From: Candidatus Woesearchaeota archaeon
GTDB lineage: Archaea > Nanobdellota > Nanobdellia > Woesearchaeales > SKIA01
Length of the DNA stretch: 64,000 bases
Assembly (NCBI GenBank): GCA_046704725.1
Contig: JBJKRI010000006.1
Location: forward strand, 1-64,000
Direction: 5' to 3'
The notes below the pieces were generated by a model. It saw nothing but the letters and a program-made list of their open reading frames with translations, did no database searches and was not told the origin of the DNA. The position numbers and the translations under genes were made by a program. How positions within the stretch are numbered: the first letter of the stretch is position 1; every line of letters starts with the position of its first letter. Below are positions 9,607 to 19,829 of this stretch, piece after piece.

Positions 9607-10736
9607 TTCATGTCCCTCTTGGTCACCAGACCCGGCAATCCCGTACCAACGGGGATGGGCTGGTTGACCATGACGTTCTCGACCACGCTGTTCAGGTAGT
9701 CGGTCTCGCCCACGAGCGAAGCGTTGATGATATGCTTGAACGGTGTCTCGAAGGACGCCCGAGCGAGAACAGAAGCCTTCTCGCGCACGATGCCCGTGCG
9801 GTTGATTCCCTGCAGCGAACCGCTCATCGTCATGGTATCAGCGACGAGCATGATATGGCGCAGGTCGATGTTCAATCCCTGCGCGTTGAGCACCTTCATC
9901 GTCTCCTTGATGATGGCGGCGCGGACGGCCTCGATGCCAAGCACCTTCTCGACCTCGTACAGGTCGTTGGAAGACGTGCGCGTCTGGTCGACGAACGGGA
10001 GCTTGAGCACGTCCTTGAGGTTCGTGCCCGCAGTGATGACGACATACTCATCGCCGCGCTTGACCGGCAAGACCTGCGTGACGCCCTTGACGCCGTGCAC
10101 ATAGACGGTCTTGACCTTCTCCTTGATGCGGTAGACGTCATTGAGCGTCTGCTCCTTGCCCGGCTTGATGATGATCGAATCGCCCTTGTGGCTGATCTTG
10201 ACCTTCTTGAAGCTCTTCGCGAGGATCTTGGAGACACGCTCGGCGTCGAGGTCGACGGCCTTGAGGCGCTGCGCGCTCAAGTCGATGGTGATCTGCGGCC
10301 CGGTCACGTCGATGGAGACGCTCGTGGCGTACTCGCCGACCGTCGTCTCCTTGATGCGCTGGGCGATCGCCTTGACATCCTTGCCCTCGCTGTAGGGCTT
10401 CTCCAGATAGATCTCCATCTGCGGGGTCTTGATGGTCTTCCTGGCATCGAAGATCTCGATGATACGCGGAAGACCGGTGGTGACCTGCATCTCCGACACG
10501 CCCGCGAAGTGGAACGTACGCAAGATCATCTGCGTGGACGGCTCGCCGATGCTCTCGGCGGCGACGATGCCCACAGCGTCGCCGGACTCGGCGAGCGTGT
10601 CATCATACTCCTGCGCGACCGCATCGAGGATGCGCTTGAGCCGCGCGGCCGAAATCTTGGAAGGCACGTTCGCCTTCACTTCTGAGAGGATCGCTTCGGG
10701 AAGCCTGTCCTTGTAATCGGAATACACGTCTGCCAT
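9603..10736 (-). CDS. rpoA2: RNA polymerase subunit A'' (Rpo1C)
   Basis: [35 protein letters not shown]. Confidence 0.98.
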   Translation of the reverse strand: MADVYSDYKDRLPEAILSEVKANVPSKISAARLKRILDAVAQEYDDTLAESGDAVGIVAAESIGEPSTQMILRTFHFAGVSEMQVTTGLPRIIEIFDARKTIKTPQMEIYLEKPYSEGKDVKAIAQRIKETTVGEYATSVSIDVTGPQITIDLSAQRLKAVDLDAERVSKILAKSFKKVKISHKGDSIIIKPGKEQTLNDVYRIKEKVKTVYVHGVKGVTQVLPVKRGDEYVVITAGTNLKDVLKLPFVDQTRTSSNDLYEVEKVLGIEAVRAAIIKETMKVLNAQGLNIDLRHIMLVADTMTMSGSLQGINRTGIVREKASVLARASFETPFKHIINASLVGETDYLNSVVENVMVNQPIPVGTGLPGLVTKRDMK

Positions 10737-10737
10737 C

Positions 10738-13305
10738 CTATTTCACCTGCTCCATGATCTTCTTGACGTCGATCTTCCCGCCCTGCGTCTTGGCGACCGC
10801 CATGCCGTCCTCGCCGTAGCGGAACTGCACGACCTTGCCGGACGCGTCGCGGACGGTGCCGTCGTACTCGATCTTGATGTCCTGCAAGGCGTTCGCGAGA
10901 CGCCGATAGAGATACCCGCTCTTCGGCGTGCGCAAAGCGGTGTCCATGAGGGAGTCGCGACCGGTCATCGCCATGAAGAAGAACTCCCACGGCTTCATGC
11001 CCTGACGGAATCCCTGCCGGATGAAACCGTGCGCGGGCGGAGACAGGTCGCCCGCCTCGAAGCAGGACAGGGTACGTCCCTTGTAGCCGCGGTCGATACG
11101 GCCGCCGCGGAAGGACTGCTGCCCAACGCAAGCCGACATCTGCGACATGTTGATGACGTTTCCGCGCGCGCCGGACTGCGCCATGATCATGACCGGTCCC
11201 TCGAGCGGCGCTGCCTTGGCGGCGATGCGGCCCGCGTCGTTACGCGCCCGGTTGAGGCGGTCGAGGATGCGCAGTTCGAGCGTCTCGCGCGTGCTGCGGC
11301 CCGGGAACGCCTCGAGCGTGCCCTTGTCGAAAGAAGCGATGAGGTCCTTGACGTCGCTGTCGGCGGACGCCAGGATATCCTCGACCTTCTTCTCCACGTC
11401 CTTGGTGAGGACGATGTCGTCGTAGTTGAACGAGAAGCCGTACTTGAGGAGCGCTTGGGTCCCGAGGCGGTAGAACTTGCCCAGGATGTCAAGAGCGCGG
11501 TCCTCGCCGTAGCGCTTGTGGATGTTACGCAGCATGAGACCGGCGCCCTCTCCGAGGTTCGCCTTGTCCATGAAGCCCTCCTTGAGCACGCCGTCCTCGA
11601 TGACGACCTTGGTGCCGTCGCGCGTCTCGCCGTAGAAGGTGAAATCCTCCGGCAAGAGCACGCTGAAGACGTCGCGCCCGTGCACGGTCTTGCGCTTGGG
11701 AAGGCGCGAGAAATGCTCGACGCCGATCTGCGTGAGAAGATCGACGGCCTCCTCGTGCGGGAGCTCCAAGTACTTCGTGAGCACGTAGTTGCCCGTGATA
11801 GCGTCTTGGTTGCAACCGATGATGGACAATCCGTAACGGGGACTGATGATCTGCGTCTGGACCTGCATCAACACCTCCGCTTCCGCCCGGGCCTCCTCGG
11901 TCTGGGGGATGTGCAGGTTCATCTCGTCGCCGTCGAAGTCCGCGTTGTAGGGGGCGCAGACGGCCGGATTGAGACGGAAGGTCTTGCCCGGCAATACGCG
12001 CACGCGGTGCGCCATCATGCTCATCTTGTGGAGCGACGGCTGGCGGTTGAACAACGCGATGTCGCCATCCATGAGATGCCGCTCGACGACAAAGCCCGGC
12101 TCGAGCTCCTCGAGGAGCTGTTCGCGGGTCTCGTCGGTGATCTTCTTCTTCTTGCCGTCCGGGCGAGCGATATAATTGGCCCCGGGATACTCCTCGGGAC
12201 CGCGCTCGATGAACGCCTTGAGATAGTTGTAGTTCCAGGGCGTGACGCGCTCCGGAACAGTCAGCTTCATCGCCACGGTCAACGGCACGCCGACCTCGTT
12301 GAGCTCGATCTTCGGGTCGGGGCTGATGACGGTGCGCGCCGAGAAGTTCGTGCGCTTACCAGCCAGGTTGTGCCTGATACGCCCTTCCTTGCTCTTGATA
12401 CGGCTGGTCAGCGTCTTGAGGGGCTGTCCCGAGCGATGACGTGCGGGCGGCAACTGACTGATGTCATTGTCGTAATAGGTGGTGACGTGATACTGCAGCA
12501 AGTCCCAAAGGTCCTCGATGATGATCTCCGGCGCGCCAGCGTTGATGTTCTCGAACAAGCGCTGGTTGATGCGCACGATGTCGCCGAGCTTGTGGGTGAG
12601 GTCGTCCTCGGAACGCTCGCCCGACTCGAGGGTGATGGACGGGCGCATGGTGACCGGCGGGATCGGCAGGATGGTCTGCACGAGCCACTCGGGACGCACG
12701 AACTTCGGGTTGAGGCCGAAGAGCATCATGTCCGGGTCGGTGATCTTCTCGAGGCGCGTGCGGATCTCGATCGGGCTGATGCGCTTGTCGTTCTCCAGGT
12801 ACGTGGTCGGCCGCTCGAGCTTGATCTTCTGCTGCTTGGCCTGACAGTGCGGGCACTGCTTGATGGTCTTGAGCTTGCGCAAGGACTCCTTGACCGCCGC
12901 GCGGCGCTGGGAGAATCCCCCTTCCTTCTCGGCGCGGTCGAACTCCTCCTTGAGCTCGTCGCGCTTGTCGTCAGGGATGAGGGAGCGGCCGCACTCGCGG
13001 CACGTGACGCGCAAGAGGTCGAGGATGATATTGGCGAACTTGACGTGGATGACCGGGCGCGCGAGGCTGATATAGCCGAAGTGGCCGATGCATTCCTTGA
13101 GACGGCTTCCGCAGGTCTTGCAGCGCAGGCCCGGGTCGATGACGCCGAGACGCACGTCCATGAGCCCGCCGTCGACGGGATAACCCTCCATATCATAGAG
13201 TTCGGGAGTGACGATCTTGGCCGCCGCCATGTCCTTGGTTTGTTGCGGCGAGAGGATGCCGAACACGATCGCCCGCAGCTTCTTGTGGATATTCTCTTGT
13301 TCCAT
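10738..13305 (-). CDS. rpoA1: RNA polymerase subunit A' (Rpo1N)
   Basis: NADFDGD catalytic motif, NRQPSLH, CKTC...CIGHFG; start ATG 13305 (MEQENI). Confidence 0.98.
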   Translation of the reverse strand: MEQENIHKKLRAIVFGILSPQQTKDMAAAKIVTPELYDMEGYPVDGGLMDVRLGVIDPGLRCKTCGSRLKECIGHFGYISLARPVIHVKFANIILDLLRVTCRECGRSLIPDDKRDELKEEFDRAEKEGGFSQRRAAVKESLRKLKTIKQCPHCQAKQQKIKLERPTTYLENDKRISPIEIRTRLEKITDPDMMLFGLNPKFVRPEWLVQTILPIPPVTMRPSITLESGERSEDDLTHKLGDIVRINQRLFENINAGAPEIIIEDLWDLLQYHVTTYYDNDISQLPPARHRSGQPLKTLTSRIKSKEGRIRHNLAGKRTNFSARTVISPDPKIELNEVGVPLTVAMKLTVPERVTPWNYNYLKAFIERGPEEYPGANYIARPDGKKKKITDETREQLLEELEPGFVVERHLMDGDIALFNRQPSLHKMSMMAHRVRVLPGKTFRLNPAVCAPYNADFDGDEMNLHIPQTEEARAEAEVLMQVQTQIISPRYGLSIIGCNQDAITGNYVLTKYLELPHEEAVDLLTQIGVEHFSRLPKRKTVHGRDVFSVLLPEDFTFYGETRDGTKVVIEDGVLKEGFMDKANLGEGAGLMLRNIHKRYGEDRALDILGKFYRLGTQALLKYGFSFNYDDIVLTKDVEKKVEDILASADSDVKDLIASFDKGTLEAFPGRSTRETLELRILDRLNRARNDAGRIAAKAAPLEGPVMIMAQSGARGNVINMSQMSACVGQQSFRGGRIDRGYKGRTLSCFEAGDLSPPAHGFIRQGFRQGMKPWEFFFMAMTGRDSLMDTALRTPKSGYLYRRLANALQDIKIEYDGTVRDASGKVVQFRYGEDGMAVAKTQGGKIDVKKIMEQVK

Positions 13306-15107
13306 CAGTACTTGCTCTCCAACAATATCTTGGGATAAATCCCTAGTGCCTTGAACTCGTCGAGCATGAGCTTGAACGCATAGCTCACCTCGACGTTGCT
13401 GACCTCGACGTTCTCGCCGCACGACGTGCAGAAACCACGGTTACGACGATAGTCCCAGATTGCGATCATACCGCAGTTCTCGCAGACCGGAACGACGGTG
13501 CGGTCCGAGTCGAAGCGCTCCTTGAGCAGCAAGGAAGCGCCGTGGGCGACGAAGGTGTCCTTCTCCATCTCCCCCAGACGCAGGCCGCCCTCTTTCGCGC
13601 GACCCTCGGTGGGCTGGCGCGTGAGGAGCTGGATGGGTCCGCGAGCGCGGCTGTGCAGCTTGTTCGCGACCATGTGCTTGAGGCGCATGTAGTACATGTT
13701 GCCCACCATGATGCGGGCCATGAAGCGCTCGCCGGTCACGGCGTTGTACATGGTCTCCTGGCCGGAGTCGCGGAAGCCCATGCTCGCGAGCTGACTACGC
13801 AGATCCTGCTCCCTCTCGGATTCGAAGAGCGTGCTATCCACGAAACGCCCGGACAGCGCGCCGACCTTGCCGCCGATCATCTCGATGAGATGGCTGACGG
13901 TCATGCGGCTGGGCAGTCCGTGCGGACCGAAGATGAGGTCGGGCTTGATGCCGGACGCGGTGAACGGGACGTCCTGCTCGGGGACGATGAGCCCGATGAC
14001 GCCCTTCTGGCCGTGGCTGGATGTGAACTTGTCGCCGATCTCCGGCGTGCGCGGGTCGCGGATGCGGACCTGGATGAGCTTCTTGCCGTCCTCGTTCTCG
14101 GTGAGGAGCACGAAGTCGATGACGCCCTTCTCGCCGTGCTTGAGGCTGACCGACGATTCGCGGCGCGCATTGGTCGCGAGGTTGTACTCGTCGAGAGCCG
14201 AGAGGAAGCGCGGCGGGCTGGTCTTGCCGATGATGACATCGCCCTCCTGGACGACCGCCTCGGGGAAGATGATGCCGTCATCCTCCAAGAAGCGGTAATC
14301 ATGCTCCGACTTGTAGCCCTTGGTCTCCTTGTCGGGGACGCTGACCTCGTCCATGAGGCCGCCGCTGTAGCGCAATTCCTCGGTCGTGACGGGGCGGAAG
14401 TACGCGCTGCGGCCGAAGCCGCGATCGATGCTGCCCTTGTTGACGACCACAGCGTCCTCCATGTTGTAGCCCTCGTAGCTGAGGACCGCGATGGTCACGT
14501 TCTGCCCGGACGGGTGCTTGTTGAAGTCCGACAACTCGTGCATGAGGCCGTGCACGATGGGCATGGCCGGATAGTAGAGGAGCGAGAGGTCCATGTCCAT
14601 GCGGGTGTAGAAGTTCGCCGCGTAGAAACCGACTGCCTGCTTCTGGTTCTTCGCGCCCTGCGCGTTGCGCACGCCGTGGTTGTGCTGGCCGAACGGCACG
14701 AGGCTCGTGGTCAGGCCGACCATGGCCATGGGAGCGATCTCGAGATGCGTTGTGCGCTCATTGATGTCGTCCTCGTAGAAAGCGGTGAGCGCGGACTCCT
14801 CCTCGGTCGCGTCGAGGTACTCGATCACGCCCTGGCTGACCAGGTCGCTCCACGACAGCTCTCCCTTGCGGAGCTGCTCGACATGACGGTCGGTGAGAAG
14901 CGGCTTGCCCTCCTTGACGACGATGAGGGGGCGCTGCGCGCGTCCGGCGGCGGTCTCGACGAAGACGGCGTCAAGCGAGTCGTCGAAACGGACGTTCACG
15001 TTCGTGTCGACCTTGCCAGAGCGGCGCTCGGAGAGCACGCTCTCAACGAAGGCCTGGGCGTCCTTGACGGTGCCCGAGTACTTGTGATCGATATAGACTT
15101 CAGTCAT
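13305..15107 (-). CDS. rpoB1: RNA polymerase subunit B' (Rpo2C)
   Basis: GYNMEDA, GDKFTSSHGQKG, GGLRLGEMEKD, Zn-finger CENC/CTSC; start ATG 15107. Confidence 0.97.
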   Translation of the reverse strand: MTEVYIDHKYSGTVKDAQAFVESVLSERRSGKVDTNVNVRFDDSLDAVFVETAAGRAQRPLIVVKEGKPLLTDRHVEQLRKGELSWSDLVSQGVIEYLDATEEESALTAFYEDDINERTTHLEIAPMAMVGLTTSLVPFGQHNHGVRNAQGAKNQKQAVGFYAANFYTRMDMDLSLLYYPAMPIVHGLMHELSDFNKHPSGQNVTIAVLSYEGYNMEDAVVVNKGSIDRGFGRSAYFRPVTTEELRYSGGLMDEVSVPDKETKGYKSEHDYRFLEDDGIIFPEAVVQEGDVIIGKTSPPRFLSALDEYNLATNARRESSVSLKHGEKGVIDFVLLTENEDGKKLIQVRIRDPRTPEIGDKFTSSHGQKGVIGLIVPEQDVPFTASGIKPDLIFGPHGLPSRMTVSHLIEMIGGKVGALSGRFVDSTLFESEREQDLRSQLASMGFRDSGQETMYNAVTGERFMARIMVGNMYYMRLKHMVANKLHSRARGPIQLLTRQPTEGRAKEGGLRLGEMEKDTFVAHGASLLLKERFDSDRTVVPVCENCGMIAIWDYRRNRGFCTSCGENVEVSNVEVSYAFKLMLDEFKALGIYPKILLESKY

Positions 15108-16585
15108 TGCGGCACCTCCATGCCGAGCGTCTGCAGGCGCTTGTTGAGCTCCTCCTCGTTCACCGGGTGGGTGACCTGCGCGAGCAGCGCGAGGTTCTTT
15201 CGCAGGCCGATGTTGCCTCCCTCGGGGGTCTCGGTCGGGCACAAGCGTCCCAAGTGGGTGCTGTGCAGGCTGCGCGCCTCGAAGTTCTCCTGCGTCGCCG
15301 ACAACGGGCTGACCACGCGCTGCAGATGCGAGAGCGTCGCGAGCTGGTTCATACGGTCCATGCGCTGGCTCACTCCCTTGCGACCGCCGATCCACACGCC
15401 GGTGGCCATGGCGCTGTAGATGCGCTGGGTGAGGAGCTTGTCGCGGATGATGACCTTGATGGATGGGAACTTGCCGCGCTTGACGATGCGCTGGAAGTTG
15501 TAGAGCATGTCCCCGATGAGGACCTTGAGGTTGACGCGGAACAGGTCAGCGAGCAGGTCCCCGGAGAGCTTGAGCCGCTTGTTCTGGTAGTGGTCCTTGT
15601 CGTCGACGGGGAGTTCTCCGGAAGTGACCTGGATGAAGGTGCGCAGGTACTTCGCGAGGTTGATGCCCTTCTCGCGGCGGCTCGCCTCGGTGAGGCCGAC
15701 GTGCGGGAGCAAGTACTTGTCGAGGATGTCGCGGATGCGGTCGAGACGGATCTCTCGCGTCTGCGTGATGCCGATCTTCTTGGCGATCGCGTCCTGGGCG
15801 TCGTCCACGTCCTTGATGTCCACGTACTCGTACAGGTTGATGAGCACCTCGCCGTTGTCCTCGAGGCCGACGTGGCGGACGATGTCCTCGTCCGTGAAGC
15901 CCAACGATTTGAGGATGAGCACGATGGGGATGCGCTTGACGCGCGTGAAGGTGAGGTAGAAGACGCCGTCGCGGAGGCGCTCGATGGTGTGCGGGATCTT
16001 GTAGGAGCCCTTCTCGCTGAATATCTTGCCGAGATAGTCGCTGATGCCCGCGCGCTGCTCCTCGACGTTGAAGACGTTCGCGGCGAGGTCCTCAATCTTG
16101 ATGAGGACCTTCTCGGTGCCGTTGATGATGAAATAGCCGCCAGGGTCGTCGGGATCCTCGCCGTGCGCGATGAGCTCGTCGCGCGACAAGCCATGCAGGT
16201 GGCAGTACTTGCTCTTGAGCATGATCGGGAGGTTGCCGATCTGGGTCTTGAAGGACTCCCGCTGGATGCCGTTGATGTGCGCGGAGATCTCCATGTAAAT
16301 AGGGGCGGCATAGCTGAGGTTGCGCAAGCGCGCCTCGGTCGGGAACAACTGCCGACGGCTGCCGTCGGCCTCGGTGATCTCGGGCTTGGTCACCCAGATC
16401 TTGTCGAGACGGATCTTGAACTCCTCGATGTTCGCGGGGATAATCGTCGGCTCGACCTCGCGGTTCTCCTCGATGATGTCTTGCAGGTCGGTCTCGACGA
16501 AGTTGTTGAAACTCTCGATGTCGGAAGCGACGAAGCCGTGCTCGTCGAAATAGCGAGTGATGAGTGCTTGGGTGCGCTTATTCAT
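15104..16585 (-). CDS. rpoB2: RNA polymerase subunit B'' (Rpo2N)
   Basis: PTEARLRNLSY, GGYFIINGTEKV, LCPTETPEG. Confidence 0.97.
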   Translation of the reverse strand: MNKRTQALITRYFDEHGFVASDIESFNNFVETDLQDIIEENREVEPTIIPANIEEFKIRLDKIWVTKPEITEADGSRRQLFPTEARLRNLSYAAPIYMEISAHINGIQRESFKTQIGNLPIMLKSKYCHLHGLSRDELIAHGEDPDDPGGYFIINGTEKVLIKIEDLAANVFNVEEQRAGISDYLGKIFSEKGSYKIPHTIERLRDGVFYLTFTRVKRIPIVLILKSLGFTDEDIVRHVGLEDNGEVLINLYEYVDIKDVDDAQDAIAKKIGITQTREIRLDRIRDILDKYLLPHVGLTEASRREKGINLAKYLRTFIQVTSGELPVDDKDHYQNKRLKLSGDLLADLFRVNLKVLIGDMLYNFQRIVKRGKFPSIKVIIRDKLLTQRIYSAMATGVWIGGRKGVSQRMDRMNQLATLSHLQRVVSPLSATQENFEARSLHSTHLGRLCPTETPEGGNIGLRKNLALLAQVTHPVNEEELNKRLQTLGMEVPQ

Positions 16586-17105
16586 AGGAGACCCTCCGGT
16601 AGAAGACCGATTCGTTGGCAGTGTGCGACGGACGCGTGATGCGGATGATATCGCCCATCTTCACCTGCAAGCCCTTCAATGCGGGATCCAGGCTGGAGAT
16701 GGTGGGAAGATTGGTGGGTTGGACGTCGAAGCGATCGAACAATGCAGCGACCTCCTCTTCAGTAAGGACCTCGTGATTGGGCACGAGGACGTGGGAGCGC
16801 ACATCGAAGGGACGCTTGTCCTCCTCGACTTTTTTCGCGCGCTTGGCGGTGCGCTTCTTGACCACCTTGACGGCCTTTCGCGACGGGCGCTTGGCAGCCT
16901 TTTTCGCCGTCTTCTTGGGAGCGGCGCGAGAAGCCGTCTTGCGCACGCTCTTGACCTTCTTCGCGGCACTCTTCGGCTTCTTGGCCGCTTTCTTAGCGGT
17001 CTTGACAGTAGACTTCTTGGCAGAAGCCTTAGCCGTCTTCTTCACGACCTTCTTGACGGTGGACTTCTTGTGCGGTGCCTTCTTGGTGGATTTTGCCTTC
17101 GCCAT
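16578..17105 (-). CDS. rpoH: RNA polymerase subunit H (Rpo5) with about 95-aa Lys/Ala-rich N-terminal extension
   Basis: C-terminal HVLVPNHEVL...LPTISSLDP...GDIIRITRPS...YRRV. Confidence 0.96.
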   Translation of the reverse strand: MAKAKSTKKAPHKKSTVKKVVKKTAKASAKKSTVKTAKKAAKKPKSAAKKVKSVRKTASRAAPKKTAKKAAKRPSRKAVKVVKKRTAKRAKKVEEDKRPFDVRSHVLVPNHEVLTEEEVAALFDRFDVQPTNLPTISSLDPALKGLQVKMGDIIRITRPSHTANESVFYRRVSYE

Positions 17106-17115
17106 TTGCCGATGA

Positions 17116-17210
17116 TGGGCCCGAGGGGATTCGAACCCCCGACCAGCCGCTTAAAAGGCGGATGCTCTAGTGCCCGTGCTTTCGTGCACTCCAGGCTGAG
17201 CTACAGGCCC
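17116..17210 (-). tRNA. tRNA-Lys(UUU) with 21-nt D-loop insertion (about 17170-17190)
   Basis: GGGCCTGTAGCTCAGCCTGG[AGTGCACGAAAGCACGGGCAC]TAGAGCATCCGCCTTTTAAGCGGCTGGTCGGGGGTTCGAATCCCCTCGGGCCCA. Confidence 0.9.
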
Positions 17211-17215
17211 GTGGA

Positions 17216-17288
17216 CGCCCTGGCCGGGATTTGAACCCGGGTCGGAGCCTCGACAGGGCTCCATGCTAGGCCTCTACACTACCAGGGC
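17216..17288 (-). tRNA. tRNA-Asp(GUC)
   Basis: GCCCTGG acceptor stem; GAGCC-CTGTCGA-GGCTC anticodon arm; GGTTCAAATCC T-arm. Confidence 0.96.
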
Positions 17289-17379
17289 TTGCGTAGCCGC
17301 GGAGCAGAGCGCCATCTGGAACCAATCGAATCCAGAACCGTCCCAGCCCGTCATGCACAGCAGGGCGAATCCCGGTCTG

Positions 17380-17387
17380 TTTATAAA
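17380..17387 (-). promoter_or_regulatory. Putative TATA box upstream of tRNA-Asp/tRNA-Lys/rpo cluster
   Basis: TTTATAAA in the intergenic region. Confidence 0.5.
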
Positions 17388-17455
17388 GCTTACCCATAAG
17401 GTATGATAGAGCGACGCCTACCGAAGGCAGTAGTGGCTCATGGGGGAGGGAGTAC

Positions 17456-18352
17456 TTAATGGTTGTGGATGGAGAGCTCGGAGACGATGATGTCATGACG
17501 GTAGACAGCGTTTCCATCACGCTCGATACGCTCCAGGCCCCGACCGAGCAGATCAGCGAGGACGCTGGGCTCGAGCGTCTTGGTCCGGAGCTGGCGCTGG
17601 TGCGATGGATCCTTGTCCGCGTACTCGACGGTGAAATCGACCTTTGAGGACTGTCTCTCATCACGAACTGCATGCATGAAGAACCCGTGCGTGGCCGCCG
17701 CTTCAGAGACCTCCCTATTGACGAGCGAACTATGTCCGATGAGCAGCGTAGCACCAGCCTGCCTCGCGATGCCCGCGAACGTGTCGTAGACCTGCGGGAA
17801 ATACTCGTCCACGCCAGGGATGAAGTACGGGGCGCACAAGAGGAGATCCGGCTCCACGGGAGGGACCGTGCTGCGGGCGTCACCGACGAGGAAAGCGAGC
17901 GTACGGTCGAGCTCTGCGTGACGGAGCACCGGACCGTCCTCCCACGAGAGCTGGCGCGCGAGCAAGCCCCAATCATCCGGCAGCGCCATGGTGCGCATGT
18001 AGCTGGCCAGCCCCTGGCGCATGCTCTCTGCGCGCAGGTCGGCGAAAGCGACATATGAAGCGTTGCCCGTGGCCGCGGCGACCCCGAGCGCTCCGCAACC
18101 GCTACCCAAGTCGACCACGCGCTTCTCAGAGACGTACGTGCGGGCGACGCGTCCGAGCACGATATGCATCCGCGTAGGGTTCGGATACGCGTCCAGCACC
18201 GTCCTGCTATACACCTTCGTGTCATTGACGCGGATGACCCTCACCTTGTGGTGTGCGGGCGCGGTGAGGCCACTGACATCTACCCCCCTCGGCCAGCGCA
18301 GACGTCCGAGCGCATCGCCGACCTCCAGGATGTCCTTTTCTGGGTCCTCCAT
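17456..18352 (-). CDS. Class I SAM-dependent methyltransferase
   Basis: VVDLGSGCGALGVAAA motif I, acidic FAD strand, CAPY motif IV; start ATG 18352. Confidence 0.75.
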   Translation of the reverse strand: MEDPEKDILEVGDALGRLRWPRGVDVSGLTAPAHHKVRVIRVNDTKVYSRTVLDAYPNPTRMHIVLGRVARTYVSEKRVVDLGSGCGALGVAAATGNASYVAFADLRAESMRQGLASYMRTMALPDDWGLLARQLSWEDGPVLRHAELDRTLAFLVGDARSTVPPVEPDLLLCAPYFIPGVDEYFPQVYDTFAGIARQAGATLLIGHSSLVNREVSEAAATHGFFMHAVRDERQSSKVDFTVEYADKDPSHQRQLRTKTLEPSVLADLLGRGLERIERDGNAVYRHDIIVSELSIHNH

Positions 18353-18384
18353 AACCCCGAGAGCGTGCCAACAGTCAAAAAGCT

Positions 18385-19236
18385 TCACATGAGCGAAAGA
18401 GCGACGACCATAGCCAGGCACACGATGACGCCGGCCCATTGGTGTGAACGCAAGCGCTCCTTGTTGAGGAATACACCGAGCAATACCGAAACGGCCACGA
18501 AACCTTCGCTGATGGCAACGGCGACAGCGACGGGCATGTACAGCGCGGCTCCCATGAACGCGAACCAAGCGAGGTTGTCAAGAATGGACAATCCGAGGAC
18601 CGTGCGCGGATTGCTCCGCAAGCCATTCCAGAGGGTGCCGAGTCGACCCTCCACTGCCAGAGCGGCGATGCCTGCGAGCGCGAGAAAGCCGTGGACGGCC
18701 CAGATGGTGACCACCGGGGACGACGCGCGCCCGGAAGCTCCCCAGAGGATGTCCGTCCCTGCGATGCCGATTGCCGCAAGCACCGCCAGCAAAGCGCCAT
18801 GCTCGAGCGTGCTGCGCACGTCGATGCGCGCTAGCACGACGAGGATAACACCGACGAAGAGCAGCCCGATGAGGATGAGCTGCACCGGAAGCAGGGATTC
18901 GCCGAGCAACAACGTGCCGAGTATCGCCGCGAAAGGGATCTCCAACACAAGGACAGGCTGGACGACAGCGAGCTTGCCTTTCCGGAGCGCGATGAAATCG
19001 AGCAGGGCGGCAACCAGCGATACCACGGCCGCCGCGGCCAGGAGACCGAGCGCGTACGAGCCGATGCCGGAGAGGCGCGGGAGAGCGAAAGGCGCGAAGA
19101 TGATCGCACCGGCAAGACCGATGTAGGTCATACTCTGGAGCACGCCCGTCCGGCGGGCGCCACGCTGTATCAGGAAATCGCCAACACCCCATGCGAAGAG
19201 CGCGAAGAGCGCGAGGAGGACGCCGATGAGCAGCAT
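18385..19236 (-). CDS. EamA/DMT family transporter
   Basis: About 10 TM helices in two repeats; WG, LLLGE and FLNKE motifs. Confidence 0.88.
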   Translation of the reverse strand: MLLIGVLLALFALFAWGVGDFLIQRGARRTGVLQSMTYIGLAGAIIFAPFALPRLSGIGSYALGLLAAAAVVSLVAALLDFIALRKGKLAVVQPVLVLEIPFAAILGTLLLGESLLPVQLILIGLLFVGVILVVLARIDVRSTLEHGALLAVLAAIGIAGTDILWGASGRASSPVVTIWAVHGFLALAGIAALAVEGRLGTLWNGLRSNPRTVLGLSILDNLAWFAFMGAALYMPVAVAVAISEGFVAVSVLLGVFLNKERLRSHQWAGVIVCLAMVVALSLM

Positions 19237-19313
19237 GGACCAAGAATCGCCGCGGGCCGTATTTAAGATGCCACGATTGCGTGCGGCGCTGTGCGAACGA
19301 ATATATACGCCCG

Positions 19314-19829
19314 ATGCCAGGGGAGGTTGTGCGTTTCGAGACCGACCTTGCGCGGATACGCGAAGAGCCCATGCGGCTCAAGCAGCTCAAGCAGGACATC
19401 GATACGATCATGCAGACGATAGCGCGCATGCGCGATGCGCGGCAGGACGTGGACTCCGCGCGGCCGGTGCCCTTCGAGGAATACCTGCGTTCGGAGCAGC
19501 ACGTGCACGCCATCACCTCCGAGAACCGCTCGCGCTACGAGCACCGCTACGACGAGTACACGCGCATGATGGACAGGCGCTACCAGGATGCGCTCGCGCG
19601 CCTGGAAGGGCTGCGGCAGCGGCTGAAGGAACTGCTATCGTCGGCGCGTCCGCGCATCGAGACGGAGAAGACGCGCTTCGGGGAGCTCGCGCGGACATTG
19701 TCGCATCTTTCCGACGGAATAGAGGAGGCGCAGTCGCATCTCGAGCTCGGAGCGAGCCAGATCACGCCAGACCAGATCGCGCGCATGAACGACGCTTTCG
19801 CCAATCACGACTGGCTCAAGCAATCGTGA
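19314..19829 (+). CDS. Hypothetical helical/coiled-coil protein
   Basis: Gap-filling ORF with charged heptad character; TATA-like upstream; start uncertain. Confidence 0.6.
   Translation: MPGEVVRFETDLARIREEPMRLKQLKQDIDTIMQTIARMRDARQDVDSARPVPFEEYLRSEQHVHAITSENRSRYEHRYDEYTRMMDRRYQDALARLEGLRQRLKELLSSARPRIETEKTRFGELARTLSHLSDGIEEAQSHLELGASQITPDQIARMNDAFANHDWLKQS

Noticed and set aside
13305-16585. Split rpoB as a novelty
   Set aside because: The B'/B'' split is established in several archaeal lineages.
9600-16639. Long + strand ORFs antisense to rpo genes (e.g. 11029-13338, 13542-15419)
   Set aside because: Shadow ORFs from high GC3 codon bias; no motifs. The same applies to most overlapping ORFs in the track.
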